64,000 nt of DNA, from NCBI GenBank assembly GCA_002712165.1, contig PASS01000080.1, positions 27,022 through 91,021 on the forward strand, in the 5' to 3' direction. Under the pieces are notes generated by a model that was given only the letters and a program-made list of their open reading frames with translations, had not been told where the DNA came from and ran no database searches. Made by a program: the position numbers and the translations under genes. Below are positions 19,217-27,173 of this stretch, piece after piece; positions within the stretch are counted from its first letter, which is position 1, and every line of letters begins with the position of its first letter. The DNA is from Fidelibacterota bacterium. Lineage in GTDB: Bacteria; Pseudomonadota; Alphaproteobacteria; Rhodospirillales; Rhodospirillaceae.

Positions 19217-19332
19217 CGTTGGGCAGCGGCTTACGCCTTGACGAGAGATTCGTTACACTCAGTTTGTTTCTCATGTCTTGGAGCGCTTTCAGTTAAAATG
19301 TATTTGCCACCAGATAGCCAAGAACTAAGACC

Positions 19333-20256
19333 GTGACGATTACAGACCAACGGCTGCTTTCTATTCGTGATTCCTTGAGTGCAGGGAGTCACAAGGTTCT
19401 TTCTGTAGATATTTTTGATACTTTGCTCTGGCGATGCGTACCAGAGCCGAACGATGTCTTCTTGGTATTGGGGCAGCAATTACAGAATTCTGCAAGGTTA
19501 TCGCCGCACCTTTCTCCGCTTGCTTTTGCAGAATTACGCCATTCTGCCCAGGCAAAAGCTCGTGAACGTGCTTTTGCGGCCACAGGTTCGCGTGAAGTAA
19601 GCCTTTCTGACATTTATGCTGAATTACCCAACTCAATTTTTGCTGATAGTTTTCCGCCCGATAGGCGCGTGTTAGCAGAGCTCGATTGCGAGCGCAGCCT
19701 GATGGTTCTTGATGAGGAAATTGTCTCGCTCATGAGACATGCTAAAGCGTCGGCCGCATGCGTTATACTTGTATCAGATACATATTTGAGTTCGCAGAAC
19801 GTAAATGAATGTTTGAGATCGGCGGGTTTTCTCGACGAAGGTTTGGTTGATCGGCTTTATGTATCTTGTGAAGAAGGTAAGCCAAAATACCTAGATCTTT
19901 TTGATTTTATACTCAACGATCTAGGAATTTCATCAGAAAGCCTTATTCACATTGGCGACAATCCAGACGCTGATATTCTGCCTTGTCAGACGCGAGGCAT
20001 CGAATGTCTTCATTATGATAAATGGAGCTTCTCGGAACGGGCGCAAGCTAGGGAATTCCATTCGGACCGAGTGACCCGTTTGGCACTATTAGGAAGTAAA
20101 GGTGATTATGGTCTGACGGGGCTGCGTTCGCGCTTGTACCACCGTTCTCCTGAAGATCTAGAAAATCCACAGCGGTATTACTGGGGTTATGGCGCTTCGG
20201 TTTTAACTCCTGTTTTTGCCAGCTTTGCCCGTTGGATCGTCCATGTTTGCCAGTAA
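19333..20256 (+). CDS. HAD-like hydrolase domain protein (N-terminal part of a COG5610-like protein)
   Basis: VDIFDTLLWR motif-I-like start and IGDNPDADI motif. Ends at TAA 20254-20256, in frame with the next ORF. Confidence 0.7.
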   Translation: MTITDQRLLSIRDSLSAGSHKVLSVDIFDTLLWRCVPEPNDVFLVLGQQLQNSARLSPHLSPLAFAELRHSAQAKARERAFAATGSREVSLSDIYAELPNSIFADSFPPDRRVLAELDCERSLMVLDEEIVSLMRHAKASAACVILVSDTYLSSQNVNECLRSAGFLDEGLVDRLYVSCEEGKPKYLDLFDFILNDLGISSESLIHIGDNPDADILPCQTRGIECLHYDKWSFSERAQAREFHSDRVTRLALLGSKGDYGLTGLRSRLYHRSPEDLENPQRYYWGYGASVLTPVFASFARWIVHVCQ

Positions 20257-20283
20257 CGCGGAGCCAAGCGTGTTTTTGGTATT

Positions 20284-21834
20284 ATGCGTGAAGGACGATT
20301 TCTTTCTCGTATAGTGGAGGAGTCAGCAAAAGACCTTGGTGTAGATCTAGTTACTGAGGAACTCTGGCTCTCTCGTCGTGCGGTTATCCGCGCTGCACTA
20401 TTTCCAGATGATATGAGCTTGCTTTCCGAAGCAATTGGAATGAGTCCGGGCAAAGACAAAGGTGAAGTTTTGTGCGGTCTCGGTCTTGAAGCCGCAGAAG
20501 TTGATGTTGCTTTGCAAGCCCCATTTGATTTGAACCATCCTGGCGCATTAGCTGCTCTTGCTCAGGTGATAGCCCAGACTCCTATTCTGCGTAAAAAGGT
20601 TGTCGACTATTCGTCGCGATTACGGCGTAATTTGCTCAGTGGAATCACTAAAAAGATTGACCTTATGCAGGAAGGTGACGTCGTTGTCATGGATCTGGGT
20701 TACGCTGCAACCATCCAGACAGTTCTTGCGCGCATTCTCGAAAGGGAGAGCGCAAGAGTAAAACTGCATGGGTTATACCTCGCACTTAATACAAATGCTG
20801 CGGATAACTTTTTATCAGGCTCTGATATCCAAGCCTATCTTGATCACGAAGGATTTAATGCTTCTGTTGCAGCACTATTATCACGCACACCGGATATTTT
20901 AGAGCATGCGTGTATGTGCAGTGAGGGGAGTCTTTCTGAATACACCGATAGTGGTGAACCAGAACTTTTGCCTAACTTGCGGTCAGAGTCGCAACTTTCT
21001 CAGATGTGTGCAGTTCAGGACGGAATTTTAGCAGGTCTTGGGGCTGCAAACTGTCTGCTGGGTGACCTTACAAAGACTCCGGCCGGAGAGCTAAATTTGA
21101 AGAGGCAGGTCTCCGCTATTATAACAACAGCGCTTTTGTACCCGACAAGACAGGAATCGGAAACAATCGGAGCATGGTATCACGAGGCTAATTTTAATCT
21201 TTCAGACAGGCGCCAGTTGAGCGATCTTGTGATCGATACGGCTGCGTTGGAATATAAGGGCTGGTCAGTAATGCAAGAGGTTGGGCGGGGTCAATGTTAC
21301 TGGCCCGCTGCTGCCATCAGATTGATTGATCCTTATATCGCTGACGTATTTTCCTCAGGCGCAGGTAAGCCATATGATCCGAAGAAAGAAACATCGGGTT
21401 CTATACTCGGCGGACTCGCTATTTGCCCAGATCTCGGTGTTGGATTTGATGCTAAGCAAGAGGGAGCTGTACCCTTGGCGGTTGATATATTCGGTAGAGG
21501 GGAAATTAATGTCACGGTCAAGTCTCTGGGACCGGATGTCTATCAACGTCTTCGTCTTCGTTTTCCAATGGCTATGGCTGTCTTGTCCTTAGATGAGATT
21601 ATGGTCACTTACGAAGGAGAGCACGAACAGAGGGACAGAGTCCTTTCTGAAAGTGGTGGCCTGGATCGATTGAGTTGGAAGAATGTGAAGCATGAGGTGC
21701 CAGGAACAATTGCCGTGGTGGGTAAGAGTATGGAGGCAACCGTCGACTTATCGAATGAAACCCCGCCCTGGCTTCATGCCGTACATTTACGACTGCGTTA
21801 CAAATATTTGCGGCTCGAAAGGCTCTTCCAATGA
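20284..21834 (+). CDS. hypothetical protein (C-terminal part of a COG5610-like protein)
   Basis: REGRFLSRI and VVVMDLGYAATIQ resemble the second module of COG5610-type HAD proteins. Same reading frame as 19333..20256. Confidence 0.6.
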   Translation: MREGRFLSRIVEESAKDLGVDLVTEELWLSRRAVIRAALFPDDMSLLSEAIGMSPGKDKGEVLCGLGLEAAEVDVALQAPFDLNHPGALAALAQVIAQTPILRKKVVDYSSRLRRNLLSGITKKIDLMQEGDVVVMDLGYAATIQTVLARILERESARVKLHGLYLALNTNAADNFLSGSDIQAYLDHEGFNASVAALLSRTPDILEHACMCSEGSLSEYTDSGEPELLPNLRSESQLSQMCAVQDGILAGLGAANCLLGDLTKTPAGELNLKRQVSAIITTALLYPTRQESETIGAWYHEANFNLSDRRQLSDLVIDTAALEYKGWSVMQEVGRGQCYWPAAAIRLIDPYIADVFSSGAGKPYDPKKETSGSILGGLAICPDLGVGFDAKQEGAVPLAVDIFGRGEINVTVKSLGPDVYQRLRLRFPMAMAVLSLDEIMVTYEGEHEQRDRVLSESGGLDRLSWKNVKHEVPGTIAVVGKSMEATVDLSNETPPWLHAVHLRLRYKYLRLERLFQ

Positions 21835-21837
21835 ATT

Positions 21838-22758
21838 TTGGTAATACTTGCAAAATGCGGGTGCGCTGTGTCTGAACATTCGGATTCCCACATGTGCCTG
21901 GTCACAACTAACTACAATTATGGTGATTACCTGGATGAATGTATGCGGTCTGTTATTGGTAGCCGAGGGTTTGATCGCGTTGATTATGTTGTTATGGATG
22001 GAGGCTCCAAAGATTACTCTGTTGATATAATTCAAAAATACGAACCCCAACTAAAGCATTGGGTTTCGGAAAAAGACGCTGGCATGTATCACGCAATCGA
22101 GAAGGGGTTCACATTCTCTGATGCGCCTTACATGGGTTGGTTGAATTCTGACGATCAATTAGCACCGTGGGCGATACAATCGGTGCTAGATATTTTCGAT
22201 CAACTGCCTGAGGTTAAATGGATTACGTCACGGTTTCCGATGCAGGCGCGCCAGGACGGTGTTGTTGTTGCTACTAGCGTTCTCCCGGGTGCAGATAACT
22301 GGGGATTTTTCAATGGTGAGCATGTTAGGTCTCTTGAACTTCCGTCTTCAGGATGGATCGTACAAGATTGCACATTCTGGCGACGCGAGTTGTGGGAGGA
22401 GGTCGGCGGAGCTTTTGATCACTCTCTCAAACTTGCTGCTGACTTCGAATTATGGGCGCGCTTCATGATGCGCACTGACCTTTATGTGGTTCCGGTACCA
22501 TTCGGGATTTATCGCGTTCAGGGCAACAATAAGGCCATGGTTAACCGGCTAGCTTATCGCGACGAGTGCGTTAAAGTTCTTCAGCGCTACACGCCTATTA
22601 TCCCTCAGGATCTAGAGCGCTTAAGTCAGCGTGTAACTTCAAAAAAACTTGCTGTAGCTGGGTTGAGGCACCTTATTCAAGAAAATCAACGAACGCCTAT
22701 GAAGGTCATTCTCTATAATGATGATGAACAGCGTTATGTGGCATTTGAGCAAACCTAA
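21838..22758 (+). CDS. family 2 glycosyltransferase
   Basis: CLVTTNYNYGDYLDECMRSVI and the SDD motif region (WLNSDDQL). The start could instead be ATG 21892. Only 3 nt separate it from the preceding stop. Confidence 0.8.
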   Translation: MVILAKCGCAVSEHSDSHMCLVTTNYNYGDYLDECMRSVIGSRGFDRVDYVVMDGGSKDYSVDIIQKYEPQLKHWVSEKDAGMYHAIEKGFTFSDAPYMGWLNSDDQLAPWAIQSVLDIFDQLPEVKWITSRFPMQARQDGVVVATSVLPGADNWGFFNGEHVRSLELPSSGWIVQDCTFWRRELWEEVGGAFDHSLKLAADFELWARFMMRTDLYVVPVPFGIYRVQGNNKAMVNRLAYRDECVKVLQRYTPIIPQDLERLSQRVTSKKLAVAGLRHLIQENQRTPMKVILYNDDEQRYVAFEQT

Positions 22759-22826
22759 CGCAACTTGCTTTTTTGACTTCATATCTCGCTCTTCGCAATT
22801 ATTTTTTTTAGAATAGGAGGCACTGA

Positions 22827-23963
22827 TTGGGGCGACAGGACGATCAAAGCTTACCGGATACGATTCTTATCAGCCGATCAGCTGGAGAGACGCGATCGGC
22901 TCTGATACTAGCTGGTGATGCTATTGAAATTTTTCACCGTCGTGACGGAGATGTTCAACCCGGTGCAGTGTACCTCGGAAAAGTCGGTAAACGCGTACCA
23001 GGTGTCAACGCTATCTTTGTAGACATCGGCGAGGCGGAACCCGGCGTTCTATCCCTGAAGCCGCCGTTTCCAGCTGAAGGTTCCTCGAAATCGGTCACGG
23101 TTATTGTGCCACCACGGGTGGACAAGGGGTGCGTATTAAGGTCGGATTCGAATGTGGTTTGGTCGCAATTCGATAAAGCTCCAAAATTGCTGCAGCCGGC
23201 CATTGATCCGGTTCAGGATTGGTGGGCGCGATATGGTGATAGCATAAACACAATTTTATGTGAGCCGCGCGCTGAAGCAATTCGTGTTTCAAAGAAACTA
23301 AGTGCTGGAGCGCCAGTTGATGCTGCACCAGCTAGTCAAGATCTTTTCTCTTATTTTGGTATCGATGAAGTTGTTGAATTAGGTTTAAATCCGCTCGTAC
23401 CATTGCCGTGTGGGGGGAGTGTGATTATTGAATCGACTTCGGCGGTTACCGCGATTGATGTTAATTCTGGATCTTCGAGTCCATCAGCTGCGAATCGCGA
23501 GGCTGTCACAGTGATTTCCAGAGAGCTGCGACGCCGCAATATAGCAGGTCATATTGTTATTGATATGATCCCAGGTGGCGGACACAAAGCTCTGCCACGA
23601 ACTCTTGCTCAGGCTATGGCCAATGATCCAGTGCCGACACGTATCGCTGGACTTACGCCAATGGGACTGATTGAGCTAACTCGCCAGCGCACAGGCCTAT
23701 CTTTGGAGGAAATATTCTTGGACTGTAATGGCGAACTCACAACCAAAAGTGTGGGACTTCAAGCCCTTCGTCGTGCAGTGCGTGCAGCTATTTCCAGTCA
23801 GGTTGCTAACGTCGAGGTGACAGCTGCCCCCGATGTTGTTGCTCTATTGCATGGCTCATTGCGGCCTGCCCTAGCTGAGGCACAAGACTGTATAAAAGGC
23901 GTGATCAAACTATCCATTAGATCAGACTTTAGGCGTTCCCGGATCGAGGTTCATGCAGGTTGA
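22827..23963 (+). CDS. short RNase E/G-family ribonuclease paralog
   Basis: S1-like GAVYLGKVGKRVPGVNAIFVDIG, and catalytic-core motifs AIDVNSG and HIVIDMI. TTG start 6 nt after AGGAGG. Only 378 aa. Confidence 0.8.
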   Translation: MGRQDDQSLPDTILISRSAGETRSALILAGDAIEIFHRRDGDVQPGAVYLGKVGKRVPGVNAIFVDIGEAEPGVLSLKPPFPAEGSSKSVTVIVPPRVDKGCVLRSDSNVVWSQFDKAPKLLQPAIDPVQDWWARYGDSINTILCEPRAEAIRVSKKLSAGAPVDAAPASQDLFSYFGIDEVVELGLNPLVPLPCGGSVIIESTSAVTAIDVNSGSSSPSAANREAVTVISRELRRRNIAGHIVIDMIPGGGHKALPRTLAQAMANDPVPTRIAGLTPMGLIELTRQRTGLSLEEIFLDCNGELTTKSVGLQALRRAVRAAISSQVANVEVTAAPDVVALLHGSLRPALAEAQDCIKGVIKLSIRSDFRRSRIEVHAG

Positions 23964-23989
23964 CGTTGCCATCCAAACCATCAAAATGA

Positions 23990-24238
23990 GTGTTAATGAA
24001 GAATCATCATAATATCTCGAACGCTAAGGCTGATGGCAAAGTTCGAATTGCTGGTGTAAGGGTTTCAGCGCCAAAATGTGTGCGGTGTATGAAGCCTGTG
24101 CAGGCGCTTTACCGGCCGTTTTGTTCACGGCGTTGCATGGACTCTGACCTAGGAGCTTGGTTGTCGGGGGCCTATAGCCTGCCGTCAGATGATTGTTCTC
24201 ACACTCATTCTAAAGAGGATAGCAAAGATGAGCAGTAA
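23990..24238 (+). CDS. yacG: DNA gyrase inhibitor YacG (zinc finger)
   Basis: CVRCMKPV...RPFCSRRCMDSDLGAWL is the YacG zinc-finger signature. Confidence 0.8.
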   Translation: MLMKNHHNISNAKADGKVRIAGVRVSAPKCVRCMKPVQALYRPFCSRRCMDSDLGAWLSGAYSLPSDDCSHTHSKEDSKDEQ

Positions 24239-24335
24239 TCTGGATTTATCAGCCACGACTGCGCGGTTGGTAATAGAACTGCTTAAAAGCCTAAAAACAT
24301 AGTGATCTCAGTCAGTTCGTAAAGCTCTCGTGGGC

Positions 24336-24364
24336 TAGACAGGCTTAATGTTCTCTTCTATAAA
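24336..24364 (+). promoter_or_regulatory. putative sigma-70 promoter of tRNA-Phe
   Basis: TAGACA, a 17-nt spacer, then TATAAA, ending 35 nt upstream of the tRNA 5' end. Confidence 0.35.
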
Positions 24365-24398
24365 ACGCCGCCTTTCCCTAGGCGAGGCAAGCTAAAGG

Positions 24399-24474
24399 GC
24401 CCAGGTAGCTCAGTTGGTAGAGCAAGGGACTGAAAATCCCTGTGTCGGCGGTTCAATTCCGTCCCTGGGCACCA
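24399..24474 (+). tRNA. tRNA-Phe (anticodon GAA), CCA encoded
   Basis: Cloverleaf folded by hand: acceptor GCCCAGG/CCTGGGC, D stem GCTC/GAGC, anticodon stem AGGGA/TCCCT with loop CTGAAAA, T stem GGCGG/CCGTC, and 3' ACCA. Confidence 0.97.
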
Positions 24475-24646
24475 TTCTCTTTCCCTTTAAAATAGCCCTT
24501 AAAGCATTTCAGCTTATTATCCTCCCTCGCAGACCTTAGATTAATACTGTAACATATGAAGATATTAAGGGTTTGTATTGGGGGCGTTGCTAACTCCTTT
24601 CCTGCGAGTCTGCATCAAGTGCGGCCACCTTAATAGTGAGGACTGA

Positions 24647-25618
24647 ATGATGAAGTTCCATCTTATACTTTCTGTGTTCATCTGTGCCGTTACGTTCCCG
24701 TTGCTGTCTTGGAGTGCGGACCCTGCGCGGACCGCCGACATTGCGGTTCGAGATTTGACGAAAAGCGATTTTCCACGGTGGAAGGAGCTAGCTCCAAATG
24801 TTTATGCGTACGCAGATCTTTTGACGTCTGCTGGAACGACGCTCACGACAGTCAGCCTTATTGTTGTAACGAGTGATGGTGTTGTAATCGTTGATGGCCA
24901 AAATACTGTTGTTCAGGGTGAGGCAATGGTCAGAAACATCAAGAAAATTACTTCTCAACCTATAAAATATATGGTGATCGCGTCAGATCACGGCGACCAC
25001 GTTAATGCAAACCCGGCATTTAAAGCGGCATATCCGGACATCGTTTTTATTTCCTCTCCGGTGTCGCAAAAAGTGCTCTCGAGAATAGATTTTCGGAGCG
25101 AGGCATCAAAAAGTGGCACGCTGCCAACAGAGGTAGTTTCTGACAAGCGTACGCTTAGTCTGGGTGGTACTGATATACAAATTTTAAACCTAGGCAGAGG
25201 GCATACTGGCGGTGATCTGATCGTGTACTTGCCCAAAAGCAAAGTTCTTTTTCTTGGCGAACTTTATTTGCGGTATGTTTTTCCAGCGATGGTAAGTGCG
25301 TATCCTTCTGAGTGGGTTGCGCTCCTCAAGAAGGTACAGACAATGGACGTCTCCTGGTTTGTTCCTGGCCACGGTTTTATCGGTGACAGTGAGGAGGTCA
25401 TGAAAGTTGGTCTTGATGACGCGCTTGAGGCAACCGAGCATGTGATTTCTGAGGCGAAGCGTCTCTACGCGAAGGGACTCACTTGTGAAGTGGAAACTAA
25501 CTGTCCAGCAATGAAAGAGGCAAATTGGGAGTCTTATAGCGATTGGACGCTTTACTCTTCTCAGGCGCCTAGAGCTCTTGCGCGAGTGTATAAAGAGATT
25601 GAAGGAAAGCTTCCATAA
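24647..25618 (+). CDS. MBL-fold metallo-hydrolase, secreted
   Basis: Signal peptide MMKFHLILSVFICAVTFPLLSWSA. Metallo-beta-lactamase motif region VIASDHGDHVNAN, plus later GHTGGD and PGHG. Confidence 0.8.
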   Translation: MMKFHLILSVFICAVTFPLLSWSADPARTADIAVRDLTKSDFPRWKELAPNVYAYADLLTSAGTTLTTVSLIVVTSDGVVIVDGQNTVVQGEAMVRNIKKITSQPIKYMVIASDHGDHVNANPAFKAAYPDIVFISSPVSQKVLSRIDFRSEASKSGTLPTEVVSDKRTLSLGGTDIQILNLGRGHTGGDLIVYLPKSKVLFLGELYLRYVFPAMVSAYPSEWVALLKKVQTMDVSWFVPGHGFIGDSEEVMKVGLDDALEATEHVISEAKRLYAKGLTCEVETNCPAMKEANWESYSDWTLYSSQAPRALARVYKEIEGKLP

Positions 25619-25742
25619 ATTGCAGAGTTGCAATGTTGTGTGATGTTGGGCCAGCTCTCTGAATGACAGCATCACATTTATTGCAGTGCAATATATGTGA
25701 TGCGGAGCAACAATAATGTATTATCACATTGATTTAGTGCAT
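25619..25742. repeat. two tandem ~57-nt imperfect hairpin modules (TGCAAT..TGTGATG..loop..CATCACA..ATTGCA)
   Basis: ATTGCAgagtTGCAAT at 25619-25634. TGTGATG (25639-25645) pairs with CATCACA (25670-25676). ATTGCAgTGCAAT at 25680-25692. ATGTGAT (25695-25701) pairs with ATCACAT (25723-25729). Confidence 0.6.
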
Positions 25743-25982
25743 TATTTTTGCTCTTCGGTTATTCGCTAGGTCGACTGCTGTAGCAATTTGTTACCAAACT
25801 GTCCTGACGTAACTTACTCTTATAGTTATATTCACATCGCTATAGTATTAAGTACGTATATATTTAAAATTAGAGGACGGTTCGCTGAGGCCCCAGCGGG
25901 TCGTTTGTCGTTAGTTGTTTCTGGCCTTACCGCCTTGTCCGGAGCCTATGGCACGGCATATACAGCATAGTGGAGGAACGGA

Positions 25983-27119
25983 ATGATTTCCGTGCGTGGT
26001 TTAAAACTAGAGAAAAGCATAAGTGGTTGGAGAGCTTGCTGTCTTACACTGACGATGGCGGGTGCTGTCGGTGCATTGCTGTCTCCTCAAGCGGCAGCCG
26101 CTGAGGAATCTAAAAGCTTTGCCATCAATATGTTTACGGTTGCCACTATCCAAACAAAAGAGAATTGCCCACGCGGGCTCAATCCGCTGTCCGATGTCTA
26201 CTATAAGCGTGAGCTCAAGCGTATCGGTAAAACGCAGAGTGAAATTGAAGAGCTTATGAAAGACTTTCCAAGCGGCGGGTACATCCCGTTTACGACTATG
26301 CGTGGCCGTGACAAGGATGGCAATCCAGTAAACATTTACGCGTATCCAGATTCGCAACCTGATCCCAATATTCATCTAGTTGAAGGTAAAGATGGCTACG
26401 GATTTAACCTCGACGGTAAGATCAGTGATGACGATTTTATTGACCCTTTGACGGGTGAGCGAGGCATTGACAATCAAATGTGGCGCGCTGTTGGGTGCAC
26501 TCATAATTATTCCATCGATCTGCCGGCGATTGCCCTTTATCCCTTTGCGCAGTGGGATGGTACGCGAGACACCACGGGCGCGTGGCTCGTGACCGTTAGT
26601 GGTGTTGATGATTGGAACAATGACGACAGCGTGACCTTGACAATTGACAAGGGCATTGATCCGATCATCCGCGACGCCAACGACAATACGGTGCGTGACA
26701 TGACGTTCCGCGTAGATAACAGTGCCCGGTCACATAACGTTGTGCAGGCAAGTATCAAAAACGGGGAGCTCACGACGGAGAGATTTGATTTTGGTTTTGT
26801 TCCTGATCCCAGCGTTATGCACGAATTCAATCTTGCCCAAGCCCAAATCCGCGCGACCTTCACCGACGATGGGAGAATGGAAGCTTATATGGGTGGTTTT
26901 CATGACTGGATGGCGATCTATTGGGTCCACGGGCAGGGCGAGTGGACGTTTGAGCATTCCACAGGGATTGATTTACCAGGCATGTATAACGCGTTGAAGA
27001 AAAGTGCTGATTACGACCCAGACCCGGAAACTGGCCAAAATCGCAGGATTTCAGGAACATGGTGGTTTGACGCCGTGCCGGCCTACGTGATTAGCCCGGA
27101 AGAAGTTGCGCTGCAGTAG
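25983..27119 (+). CDS. secreted hypothetical protein (378 aa)
   Basis: N-terminal hydrophobic segment ending ...SPQAAAAEE. Asp-rich with no recognisable family. Ends 15 nt upstream of the DUF1592-type gene. Confidence 0.6.
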   Translation: MISVRGLKLEKSISGWRACCLTLTMAGAVGALLSPQAAAAEESKSFAINMFTVATIQTKENCPRGLNPLSDVYYKRELKRIGKTQSEIEELMKDFPSGGYIPFTTMRGRDKDGNPVNIYAYPDSQPDPNIHLVEGKDGYGFNLDGKISDDDFIDPLTGERGIDNQMWRAVGCTHNYSIDLPAIALYPFAQWDGTRDTTGAWLVTVSGVDDWNNDDSVTLTIDKGIDPIIRDANDNTVRDMTFRVDNSARSHNVVQASIKNGELTTERFDFGFVPDPSVMHEFNLAQAQIRATFTDDGRMEAYMGGFHDWMAIYWVHGQGEWTFEHSTGIDLPGMYNALKKSADYDPDPETGQNRRISGTWWFDAVPAYVISPEEVALQ

Positions 27120-27173
27120 CCGCGCAGGCGATGAATGTTTAGGACGAGGCGAGAATTGGGAAAGCAAATAAAT

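Noticed and set aside
25788-25970. A 60-aa ORF in the leader of the unknown secreted-protein gene.
   Set aside because: It has no Shine-Dalgarno sequence, starts at an alternative start codon, and gives a low-complexity Tyr/Ser/Ala-rich translation. It is more likely untranslated leader.
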